Shown here piece after piece: positions 24,254 to 32,000 of a stretch of DNA of 32,000 nt. A program made the translations under genes and the position numbers. How positions within the stretch are numbered: the stretch's first letter is position 1; every line of letters begins with the position of its first letter. Where the stretch lies: the NCBI GenBank assembly GCA_030167145.1, contig CP126532.1:960001-992000 (forward strand), written 5' to 3'. This DNA is from Ktedonobacterales bacterium (GTDB taxonomy: Bacteria; Chloroflexota; Ktedonobacteria; Ktedonobacterales; JADMIN01). Below the pieces are notes generated by a model that saw nothing but the letters and a program-made list of their open reading frames with translations, had not been told where the DNA came from and searched no databases.

Positions 24254-25018
24254 ATGCTGCTCGCCCTCGATACCTCCACCAGCTTCGCCAGCATCGCCCT
24301 CGTCTCTGACGAGAGGCCGCTCGCATCCTTCGACTGGTATGTCGGCCAGCGCCACAGCACCGAGCTATTCACCCGCCTCACCTGGCTGCTCGACTCGTGT
24401 AGCGTTGCCGCTGATGCGCTGGAGCGCATCGCCGTCGCTACCGGCCCCGGCTCCTTCAACGGCCTACGTGTCGCCCTTGCCACCGCCAAATCGCTCGCCT
24501 TCGCGCTGCATCGCCCGCTCTACGCCGTCCCCACGCTCGATGTGTTCGCCTGGGGCGCTGCCTTCGCCAGCCAGCCGGTTTGGGCGCTGCTCGAAGCCGG
24601 GCGCGGCCAAGTCTACGCCGCTGCCTATCCTACCCCCTGCGCCACCCCGGCCACCTGGAAGCCGCTCGATGGCTATCACGTCGTCACTCCCGCAGAGGTG
24701 GCGGCGCGTGTATCCGAGCCGGTACTATTCTGTGGAGAGTGGCGTGATGACACGAAGATCACGCTCGAACGTCTGCTCGGCGCTCGCGCCCGCTTCGCGC
24801 CATCGCTCACCAGCGGGCGCGCCGCGCGGCTGGCAATGCTCGCGCAGGGCCGCGCCGCCGCTGGCGTCGCACCCGACGACCCAGCCGCGCTCGAGCCGCT
24901 CTACATCCGGCGTCCAGCCATCACCGCAAGCGCGAAAGCGCCCATCCGGCTCGGCGACCACGCCCAACACCATCAGACCAATGGCGGAGAGGAGGCCACC
25001 CATGCGCTACACCATTGA
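24254..25018 (+). CDS. tsaB: tRNA t6A37 biosynthesis protein TsaB
   Basis: MLLALDTST..., GPGSFNGLRV motif, YeaZ-family length and pattern. Confidence 0.92.
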   Translation: MLLALDTSTSFASIALVSDERPLASFDWYVGQRHSTELFTRLTWLLDSCSVAADALERIAVATGPGSFNGLRVALATAKSLAFALHRPLYAVPTLDVFAWGAAFASQPVWALLEAGRGQVYAAAYPTPCATPATWKPLDGYHVVTPAEVAARVSEPVLFCGEWRDDTKITLERLLGARARFAPSLTSGRAARLAMLAQGRAAAGVAPDDPAALEPLYIRRPAITASAKAPIRLGDHAQHHQTNGGEEATHALHH

Positions 25019-25682
25019 TCGTATGACCATGGCCGATATTCCGCGCGTCATTGAGATCGAAAAACTCGCCTATCCCACTCCCTGGCCGCCCAGCGCTTAC
25101 CGCAAAGAGTTGCAGGAAAACCGCCACGCGCACTACATCCTTGCGCGCGATACCCGCGTCAGCGGCGCCAGTGTACCCCAGCCAGCCGACCACCCTGAAC
25201 CGCAGTCGCGCCGGCCCTTCCCCCTCTCGCTCCTGCCCGTCCGTCCGCTGCCCACGCCCGGCCCCGATGCCGCCTCCATCGTCGGCTTCGCTGGCCTGTG
25301 GCTTATGATAGACGAAGCGCACGTTACCACCATCGCCGTCCACCCCGACTATCGTGGGCGCGGCCTCGGCGAACTGATGCTCTGCTCGCTCGTTGGCATC
25401 TCCTATGAGATCGGCGCACGCCACGTCACTCTCGAAGTCCGTGTCTCCAACGCCATCGCCCAAAATCTCTATCGCAAATATGGCTTCTCCATCGCCGGAA
25501 GCCGCCGCCGCTACTACAGCGACAATCACGAAGACGCCTACATCATGACCACCCACGACATCTACACAGACGACTACCGCCAGCGCTACGCCGAACTGCG
25601 CGCCAACCTGTATACGCGCCTCTCCACCACCGAAAATGCCTCTCCCTCTGCTGGCCAGCCCAGCGCGCGCAGCGACATCTAG
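25002..25682 (+). CDS. rimI: ribosomal-protein-alanine N-acetyltransferase RimI (with internal Pro-rich insertion and C-terminal extension)
   Basis: GNAT motif A VHPDYRGRGLGELM, and the ...YRKYGFSIAGSRRRYY... pattern. ATG 25002 is preceded by GGAGAGGAGG and overlaps the tsaB end by 17 nt. The upstream part of the 447-aa track ORF is an alternate-frame shadow of tsaB. Confidence 0.88.
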   Translation: MRYTIDRMTMADIPRVIEIEKLAYPTPWPPSAYRKELQENRHAHYILARDTRVSGASVPQPADHPEPQSRRPFPLSLLPVRPLPTPGPDAASIVGFAGLWLMIDEAHVTTIAVHPDYRGRGLGELMLCSLVGISYEIGARHVTLEVRVSNAIAQNLYRKYGFSIAGSRRRYYSDNHEDAYIMTTHDIYTDDYRQRYAELRANLYTRLSTTENASPSAGQPSARSDI

Positions 25683-25742
25683 TGTATGGGCGCACACCAG
25701 CGTCAAGTCATCATTCTCCGCTAACGCAAAGGCATCGCCAGT

Positions 25743-26885
25743 ATGTTGATTCTTGGTATCGAAAGCTCCTGCGATGAGACCGGCGCGGCAATCGTCGCCG
25801 ATGGACGCATCATCCACTCCAATGTCGTCGCTTCGCAGGCCAGCATCCATGAACAATACGGCGGTGTCGTGCCAGAAGTCGCCTCGCGCCACCAGCTCAG
25901 CGCCATTCTCCCCGTTCTCGAAACCGCCCTTGCCGAAGCGGGCGCAACCTGGAGCGACCTCGACGGTATCGCCGTCACCTATGGCCCGGGCCTTGCTGGC
26001 TCACTGCTCGTCGGCCTCACCTCCGCCAAAGCCCTGGCCCTCGCGCGCAACCTACCCCTTATCGGCATCAACCACCTCGAAGCGCACATCTACGCCAACT
26101 GGCTCCGCACCAACGACACCTCCGCATCCCCCTCCACCGCCATCGCCGCCGCTGACGGCGACCATCAGCCCGGCGACCCAGTCTTCCCGCTGCTCGCGCT
26201 TGTCATCTCCGGCGCGCACACGGAACTCGTTTTCATCCCCCATCACGGGCGCTACGAACTCCTCGGCCAGACCCGCGACGACGCAGCGGGCGAAGCCTTC
26301 GACAAAGTCGCGCGTATCCTCGGCCTCGGCTACCCCGGCGGACCCGCCATCGAGCGCGCCGCGCTGCAACGCGACGCTTCCATCCCCCACGCCTATACCA
26401 TGCCGCGCGCATGGCTCCCTGGCACCTATGACTTCAGCTTCAGCGGCCTCAAGACGGCCGTGCTGCATATGGCCCAGGGCGCGCAGGTGGGCGCAACCGC
26501 CGATGGCGCGAATCGCTACATGCGCGAGGGAGCAGCAGCCGCCAGCCAGGGCGGCATCTCCGTGCCGAATCTCGCCGCCGCCTTCCAGGAATCTGTCGTG
26601 GACGTGCTCGCCACCAAAACACTCCGCGCCGCGCAGGAGCTTGGCGTGCGCCAGGTGGTACTCGCGGGTGGTGTCGCCGCGAACCAGCCGCTGCGCGCAC
26701 GGCTCGCCGCCGATCTCGCGCCGCTGGGAATCGCCTTGCGCTATCCGCCCATTGCCTTCTGCACCGACAATGCCGCCATGATCGCCGCCGCTGCCTACTT
26801 CCACCTGCGCCTCGGCGAGCGCTCCGGCTTCGACTTGGATGTGCGGCCCGGCTTGCAGCTTCCCTTCGCCGCTGTGGGCAGCTAG
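25743..26885 (+). CDS. tsaD: tRNA N6-adenosine threonylcarbamoyltransferase TsaD
   Basis: ILGIESSCDETGAAIV, metal site INHLEAHIY, GVAAN, and the C-terminal CTDNAAMIA motif. Confidence 0.97.
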   Translation: MLILGIESSCDETGAAIVADGRIIHSNVVASQASIHEQYGGVVPEVASRHQLSAILPVLETALAEAGATWSDLDGIAVTYGPGLAGSLLVGLTSAKALALARNLPLIGINHLEAHIYANWLRTNDTSASPSTAIAAADGDHQPGDPVFPLLALVISGAHTELVFIPHHGRYELLGQTRDDAAGEAFDKVARILGLGYPGGPAIERAALQRDASIPHAYTMPRAWLPGTYDFSFSGLKTAVLHMAQGAQVGATADGANRYMREGAAAASQGGISVPNLAAAFQESVVDVLATKTLRAAQELGVRQVVLAGGVAANQPLRARLAADLAPLGIALRYPPIAFCTDNAAMIAAAAYFHLRLGERSGFDLDVRPGLQLPFAAVGS

Positions 26886-27568
26886 CGCCGCTGCGCCGCG
26901 CTTTCCGCCAGATCGTCCGCCTGAGTCATCCCGCGCTCAGCCAGGAACCACCGTGGCGCGAATCGCAACGCCACAATGGGCAGCGCCACGGCAAGAATGA
27001 CCACTGCCACGAAGAGCAGTAACGCAAAACCGCCATTCAGCACGCCGGGGCCAAACAGCCGCCCCAACGCAAGAGCGCCCACCGCGTAGATTGCGGTTCC
27101 GAGCGCTTCCAGCCCTAGATAGAGGCCAAATGGCATCCGCGTTATGCCTGCGAGCAAGCTCACCAGGCTGGCGATAGGTGTGAGCAGAAAGCGGCTCAGG
27201 AAGACCAGCACTGCGCTCCCGTAGCGCAGTTCCATCACGTGCCGCGCCAGTTCCTGTATCCGGCCTTTGCGGCTCAGGCGCTGCAGCAAACGCTCCACCA
27301 CGTGATTGCCCGCCCGACCACCCCAATACACGACAGTATGTCCCGCGCCGATGCCGACCAGCGCGACCACCGCCAGCGCCGCGAAATCTGGCCCGCTCTG
27401 CGAGCCGCTCAGCACGCCCAGCGCCAGCAGCAGCGCCGTCGTTGGAATGGGCACGCCAATGCCCAGCGCCGCCAGGAATGTTGCCACCAGCAGCCCTGGA
27501 TAACCATACGTCGCGACAAATTGCGGCACAGAGAACGCGCTCACCATGCCTCCCGATGCTTTCCTCAT
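26882..27568 (-). CDS. DedA/VTT-domain membrane protein
   Basis: 228 aa. FVATYGYPGLLVATFLAALGIGVPIPTTALLLALG is typical of the DedA N-terminal region, and the protein has multiple TM segments. No SD at either candidate start. Confidence 0.75.
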   Translation of the reverse strand: MRKASGGMVSAFSVPQFVATYGYPGLLVATFLAALGIGVPIPTTALLLALGVLSGSQSGPDFAALAVVALVGIGAGHTVVYWGGRAGNHVVERLLQRLSRKGRIQELARHVMELRYGSAVLVFLSRFLLTPIASLVSLLAGITRMPFGLYLGLEALGTAIYAVGALALGRLFGPGVLNGGFALLLFVAVVILAVALPIVALRFAPRWFLAERGMTQADDLAESAAQRR

Positions 27569-27822
27569 GACAATTGGGGGACAATCACCAAGATTGTACC
27601 ATGCACTTTATCCGGCGCTTTGAAATCAATTGCGCGGCCCGCCCACACGTCCGTAATACCCGTGTGACACATATGTGACGCGCGCATACATCATTCTGCC
27701 CTTGTGCCGACACATACCTCTGCGCTATACATAATTGTCCGACAATCTACACAGGCGTATCGCTACTACTGGTTCAGCCACACTGGCCCTGGAGCCGTAA
27801 GCTACCTACAGGAGTCGCGCCG

Positions 27823-29160
27823 ATGAATAAGCACGCTGGGGAAGGCTTCCTTCCAGATGAGCATCCACCAAACTCCGAAGCAAACCAGCCGCTATTTCGT
27901 GTGCTCGTCTCATCGCCCTATGCGACGGTATCCGCTGAGCGGCAACAGCAGCAATCCGCGGATAGCGAACCTCGCCCGAATAGCGTGCAACGCCTGTGGC
28001 ACGCAATGCTCCGCTGGCTCGGCGACAACAGCTTCGTCATCGAATGGCTTCCACCGCCCTGGCGCATCCTCGCGAGCTATTTCCTAGCGGTGGGGCTGAT
28101 TGTACTGGCGACCAGCGCCACCTTGCTCATCTACGCCATGTTTCCCACGTTTTCATTTCCCAGCGCGCTTGAGATGATGGTCATCGCACTGGTTGCGCTC
28201 AGCCTTGGCGCCGGGCCTAGCATCCTTGCCACCCTCACCGGGCTGGTCACGCTCGAAGTCATCGTGCTGCCTAGCACCTCTCACGGTGGCTTCGACGACG
28301 CTGGTGACTTCTTCGAGTTAGCGCTCTTTCTCGTCGTCGGCGTCACCATCAGCATCATTGCCAGCCGCGTGGAGCATGGCCGTAAGCAGGCTGTCGGTGA
28401 TCGCGCCGACGCCCTCGCCCGTGAACTCGTCACACGGCAGACCAACGAACGCATGGACGAATTCTTGAGCATCGCCAGCCACGAGCTACGCACACCACTC
28501 ACTGGCATCAAAACCTCCATCCAGCTTGCCCAACGCCGCCTCAAACGCCTCAGCCTGCCCGAAAGTGTGGACCAGCAGGATTTGCTTGCCCCAACACTCG
28601 AAGTGCTGGACATTGCCAAGCGCGAAGTAGATCGCCAGACCCGGCTCGTCGGCGACCTGCTCGACATCTCGCGCATTCGCGCCAACAAGCTCGAATATCA
28701 CCTGCGCGACTGCGACCTCGTCACCATCGTCCGCGAAGCGGTGGAAGCGCAACGCCTCGCCGCGCCAGCCCGCGTCTTTCACTTCGACGAACCGACTGAG
28801 CGATTAATTGTCCATGCCGACCCCGACCGCATCAGCCAGGTCATCACTAACTTCCTCACCAATGCACACAAGTATTCGCCTGCTGACCAGCCCATCGCCG
28901 TTCGCGTCAAGCGTAAAGGCGCATACGCTCGCGTACTCGTGCGCGACCACGGCCTCGGCCTCACAGCCGAAGAGCAAGCCCAGATCTGGCAGCGCTTTCA
29001 TCGCGTCGCAAGCATCAAAGCACAGAATGACTCCGGCGGGGGCCTGGGGCTGGGCCTCTTCATCTGCAAGAGCATCGTCGAACACCACCAGGGGCGTGTT
29101 GGTCTGCGCAGCGCCCGTGGCCGTGGCTCTACCTTCTGGTTCACCCTTCCCCTACTGTAG
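27823..29160 (+). CDS. sensor histidine kinase (DUF4118-like membrane N-terminus, HisKA, HATPase_c)
   Basis: H-box FLSIASHELRTPLT, N-box NFLTNAHKYS, G1 DHGLGL, G2 GGGLGLGL. No response regulator gene lies adjacent. Confidence 0.92.
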   Translation: MNKHAGEGFLPDEHPPNSEANQPLFRVLVSSPYATVSAERQQQQSADSEPRPNSVQRLWHAMLRWLGDNSFVIEWLPPPWRILASYFLAVGLIVLATSATLLIYAMFPTFSFPSALEMMVIALVALSLGAGPSILATLTGLVTLEVIVLPSTSHGGFDDAGDFFELALFLVVGVTISIIASRVEHGRKQAVGDRADALARELVTRQTNERMDEFLSIASHELRTPLTGIKTSIQLAQRRLKRLSLPESVDQQDLLAPTLEVLDIAKREVDRQTRLVGDLLDISRIRANKLEYHLRDCDLVTIVREAVEAQRLAAPARVFHFDEPTERLIVHADPDRISQVITNFLTNAHKYSPADQPIAVRVKRKGAYARVLVRDHGLGLTAEEQAQIWQRFHRVASIKAQNDSGGGLGLGLFICKSIVEHHQGRVGLRSARGRGSTFWFTLPLL

Positions 29161-29172
29161 CCATGGTTACCA

Positions 29173-29955
29173 TCACGCGCGCTTCTTGCGGCCCGTTCGT
29201 GTTCGCTGGGGTGCGCGTCCATTTGCCAGCGACGCCGGAGCGGATAGTCGCGCTAGCACATCGGGCAACTCCGCAAGTTCTGCGATACGCTCATCAGCGG
29301 CCACGGGATGCGCGATAGGGGGCGCTCCTGGCGCATACGGATCTTCGCGCTCAATCCACACTGTCCGCATACCCAGCCGCTTCGCCGGCTCGATGTCGAA
29401 GGCGTAATCGTTGCCGATCATCACCGCCTCCTCCGGCTCCACGCGCGCCTGCTCCAGCGCGAACTGGAATATCTCTGGCCGTGGTTTGCTGATCGCCACT
29501 TCATCCGAAATGATGACGCACTCCTCCTCGAAATACCCTAGCAATTTCCACTCGCGCAGCCGTCCGCGAATCCACACCGGCTGATTTGCGATCACCCCTA
29601 GCCGATATGCGCGTCCATCGCCGTCGCGCTCGCCTGCGAGAGCCGCGAGCGTGGCATGCGCATCCGCAAATGGACGAAAGCGCCCAGGCGCTTCGGGCGC
29701 GACCCGCAGAATATAGTCGCGAAACACCGCCATTCCCATGAGATAGCCGCAGCCATTGCGCTCCGCCAGCCAGCGCAACTGATCGAACAGCGTCATCCGC
29801 CCCTGCATTGACAGATTATTCAAGTCGGCGCGATATTGCGCATCGCTGATCGCGCACCCGCGTTCGCGAAAGAACTGATGCACACTCGCATGGCGGAACC
29901 GCGCAAAATCCGCCTCATCCACCAGCGTATCGCCAATATCAAAAAAGAGAAACAT
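29173..29955 (-). CDS. HAD-superfamily hydrolase
   Basis: Start moved to ATG 29955 (MFLFFDIGDTLV, motif I-like). Motif III is ISKPRPEIF and motif IV is MIGNDYAFDI. The 112-codon upstream extension in the track is rejected. Confidence 0.8.
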   Translation of the reverse strand: MFLFFDIGDTLVDEADFARFRHASVHQFFRERGCAISDAQYRADLNNLSMQGRMTLFDQLRWLAERNGCGYLMGMAVFRDYILRVAPEAPGRFRPFADAHATLAALAGERDGDGRAYRLGVIANQPVWIRGRLREWKLLGYFEEECVIISDEVAISKPRPEIFQFALEQARVEPEEAVMIGNDYAFDIEPAKRLGMRTVWIEREDPYAPGAPPIAHPVAADERIAELAELPDVLARLSAPASLANGRAPQRTRTGRKKRA

Positions 29956-30199
29956 CGTTACACCGCACCTTCCACTCTCCAGACGGCGCAAAATGCCTCG
30001 CCTGGCTGTGTGCCCCAAGAGGGGTAGTATGTCTACGCGCGAGCGCGCCCCTGGGTAACAGCTATCACCCCGCCCGTTCGTCCCTTTCCCTCGCCCATAC
30101 TCATCCGTATACGGTAGAATGGTAGACTGGTGAGTTGCGCGCCCACCGATTGAACAGCAGCACAAGTACAGCCTACACGAGACAGGTAAACACGAGGTT

Positions 30200-30823
30200 A
30201 TGGGGCGAAAACAAAGCGGCATCAACGCCACAACGCAGCCAGTCGTGCGGATAGAAGATGGGCGTGCGATTCTGCGCGTCGGCGGCGTCATCCAGTCGGT
30301 CGCCGTAGATGACCGCTACATCCCTGATGTCTGGGACTCCATGCTCCCACACGCTCGCCCTGCCAACGCCCTGATCCTCGGCCTCGGCGGTGGCACTATC
30401 GCCACCTTGATGACCCAGCGCTGGGGACCGCTCCCCATCACCGGCGTCGAAAACGATCCCGCCGTCGCCTGGCTTGCCGCCCACGAATTCGGCCTCAGCC
30501 AGCTCCCCAACGTCCACATCACCATAGCTGACGCCTTCGCCTTCGTCCAGCGCTGTCACGAGCGCTTCGAGGCGATATGTGTAGACCTCTACGTTGCGGG
30601 CAAGATGTCTCACGGCGTCCTTGAGCCGGCATTCCTGCGCGACATCGCGCGCATCCTCACCCCAGATGGCACGGCCACCTTCAACCTCTGGCGCTCACCG
30701 TATCTTACTGACCATATGCGCCGCATCGAGCGCATCCTCGCCATACGCTCCCTCACCAACGCGGGCGATAATGTCGTCGTCGCCTGCGCCCGCCCCCATT
30801 CCTCCCCGACACCTTCCCTCTGA
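30200..30823 (+). CDS. class I SAM-dependent methyltransferase fold, spermidine-synthase-like
   Basis: Motif I ALILGLGGGTIA, acidic motif II GVENDP, post-I pattern ICVDLY, and LTPDGTATFNLW. Confidence 0.7.
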   Translation: MGRKQSGINATTQPVVRIEDGRAILRVGGVIQSVAVDDRYIPDVWDSMLPHARPANALILGLGGGTIATLMTQRWGPLPITGVENDPAVAWLAAHEFGLSQLPNVHITIADAFAFVQRCHERFEAICVDLYVAGKMSHGVLEPAFLRDIARILTPDGTATFNLWRSPYLTDHMRRIERILAIRSLTNAGDNVVVACARPHSSPTPSL

Positions 30824-31128
30824 GAGCCGACCGTTAATTCCAGTACCATTGCGTTACCCATTCGCGAACGAATAGTATCAGTGTTAACGTACTCGTGCGG
30901 CATGAAGTTTTTCGTTCACGGGTGGCGCGGCCTCAATCAGACGCGCCACGCAAGCGGGACAACCGGAAACCTTCCTCTGCCAACCACAGCGCCCAGGAAG
31001 ATCCGGGCGGCGCGACAGGTTTCCGGCCATAGCCATACTGGCATGGATTCGTTATACGGGCCTGGCGCATGCGTTGTAATTCGAAATTGACCGCAGACCC
31101 TCTATTACCTTTCAAGGAGTCCCGGCAC

Positions 31129-32000
31129 ATGCAGGACATTCGCACACCCGGCATGCAAAATGTGGTGCTGTCCAGCAAATCCCTCACCGACTACGCGCCC
31201 GTCGTCGGCGACGATGTGATCGCCGAACTTGAGCGCCTGGCAAAGCCGCTGCAAGGCGCGCGCGTGCTCCACATCTCCTCCACTGCTTATGGTGGCGGTG
31301 TCGCCGAAATGTTGCACACGCTCATCCCTTTGATGCGCAACGTCGGCCTCAACGCAGAATGGCGCATCATCTCTGGCAATGACGAGTTCTTCACCGTCAC
31401 CAAGAGTATGCACAACGCGCTTCAGGGTATGGATCTCGACCTTACCCCGGCGATGAAAGCCACCTATCTGCATGCCAACGTAGACAACGCCGTCTACTTC
31501 GAAGATGACTTCGACTATGTCATCGTGCATGACCCTCAGCCCGCGCCACTGCGCATGATGTGCTCTACCAACTCCGGCAAGTGGATCTGGCGCTGCCACA
31601 TTGACCTGACCGCCGCCGATGCCGACTATTGGGGCTTCCTCCGTCCCTTCGTGCAAATGTATGACGCCGCCATCTTCACCCTGCCCGACTACGTCAAGCG
31701 CGACCTGAAGATCGGCAAGATCGCCATTATTCCGCCCGCAATTGATCCCCTCAGCCCCAAAAACGCCCCGATGAGCAACGACGACGCGCGCCGCATCGTC
31801 GGCATGTACGGCATTGATCCCGACCGCCCTTCGCTCGTGCAGGTCTCGCGCTTCGATCCCTGGAAAGACCCGCTCGGCGTGATTGATGTCTATCGCATCG
31901 TGCGCGAGCAGTTCCCCGGCCTCCAGCTCGTCATGGTCGGCTCGATGGCCAGCGACGACCCCGAAGGCATGGAATACTACCAGCGCACTAAAGACCACGC
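31129..32000 (+). CDS. treT: trehalose synthase TreT (GT4 glycosyltransferase), N-terminal ~290 codons; continues past right edge
   Basis: SD AAGGAG lies 9 nt upstream of ATG 31129. The reading is open to the window end. STAYGGGVAEMLHTLIPLMRNVGLNAEWRIISG, FFTVTKSMHNALQG, VHDPQPA, WRCHIDL, IPPAIDPLSPKN and VSRFDPWKDP closely match the archaeal/bacterial TreT family. Absent from the ORF track because it has no stop in the window. Confidence 0.93.
   Translation, partial: MQDIRTPGMQNVVLSSKSLTDYAPVVGDDVIAELERLAKPLQGARVLHISSTAYGGGVAEMLHTLIPLMRNVGLNAEWRIISGNDEFFTVTKSMHNALQGMDLDLTPAMKATYLHANVDNAVYFEDDFDYVIVHDPQPAPLRMMCSTNSGKWIWRCHIDLTAADADYWGFLRPFVQMYDAAIFTLPDYVKRDLKIGKIAIIPPAIDPLSPKNAPMSNDDARRIVGMYGIDPDRPSLVQVSRFDPWKDPLGVIDVYRIVREQFPGLQLVMVGSMASDDPEGMEYYQRTKDH

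Noticed and set aside
24339-26804. Long track ORFs 24339-25682 (N-terminal 221 codons), 24921-25892, 25753-26781 and 26052-26804
   Set aside because: Only the last 226 codons of 24339-25682 (RimI) are credible. The remainder are alternate or antisense frames of tsaB, rimI and tsaD.
31105-31998. 297-aa minus-strand ORF at the right edge
   Set aside because: Antisense shadow of the plus-strand TreT frame, which has a strong SD, an ATG, and many family-specific motifs.

Overview
GC-rich bacterial chromosomal window with strong GC3 bias and many antisense or alternate-frame shadow ORFs. I cannot assign the taxon from sequence alone. About 30 credible genes. The right two thirds is ordinary core content: a csoR-copA-copZ copper operon with a recognisable operator, an MFS transporter, an orphan family-5 solute-binding lipoprotein, an S41 C-terminal processing peptidase, an alpha/beta hydrolase, yraN, a zinc-ribbon protein, the tsaE-tsaB-rimI-tsaD (t6A) cluster, a DedA protein, an orphan histidine kinase, a HAD hydrolase, a spermidine-synthase-like methyltransferase, and the 5' part of treT. 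The main result is in the left third. An intact tRNA-Leu(CAA) (9826-9911, minus) has its 3'-terminal 32 nt repeated perfectly at 611-642. The displaced copy still abuts a hairpin plus T-tract terminator. A decayed tyrosine integrase lies just inside the tRNA-proximal repeat. This delimits a ~9.2 kb, apparently fixed tRNA-integrated island. It carries an EamA exporter, a PotABCD-like ABC importer whose leading aldehyde dehydrogenase gene is truncated, an Ig-like surface protein, and an exactly 10-nt-phased nine-unit repeat array. Other points worth a second look: a tyrosine-recombinase-like protein with substituted catalytic residues upstream of a membrane-anchored glycosidase-like protein; a small accessory scar with a VapB-like orphan ORF; recurrent 10-14 nt tandem duplications; and several motif clusters and structured leaders in intergenic regions. 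I found no CRISPR array, rRNA, intact transposase or recognisable defence system. I cannot claim a clearly novel multi-gene system here. The island and the phased repeat array are the best candidates.
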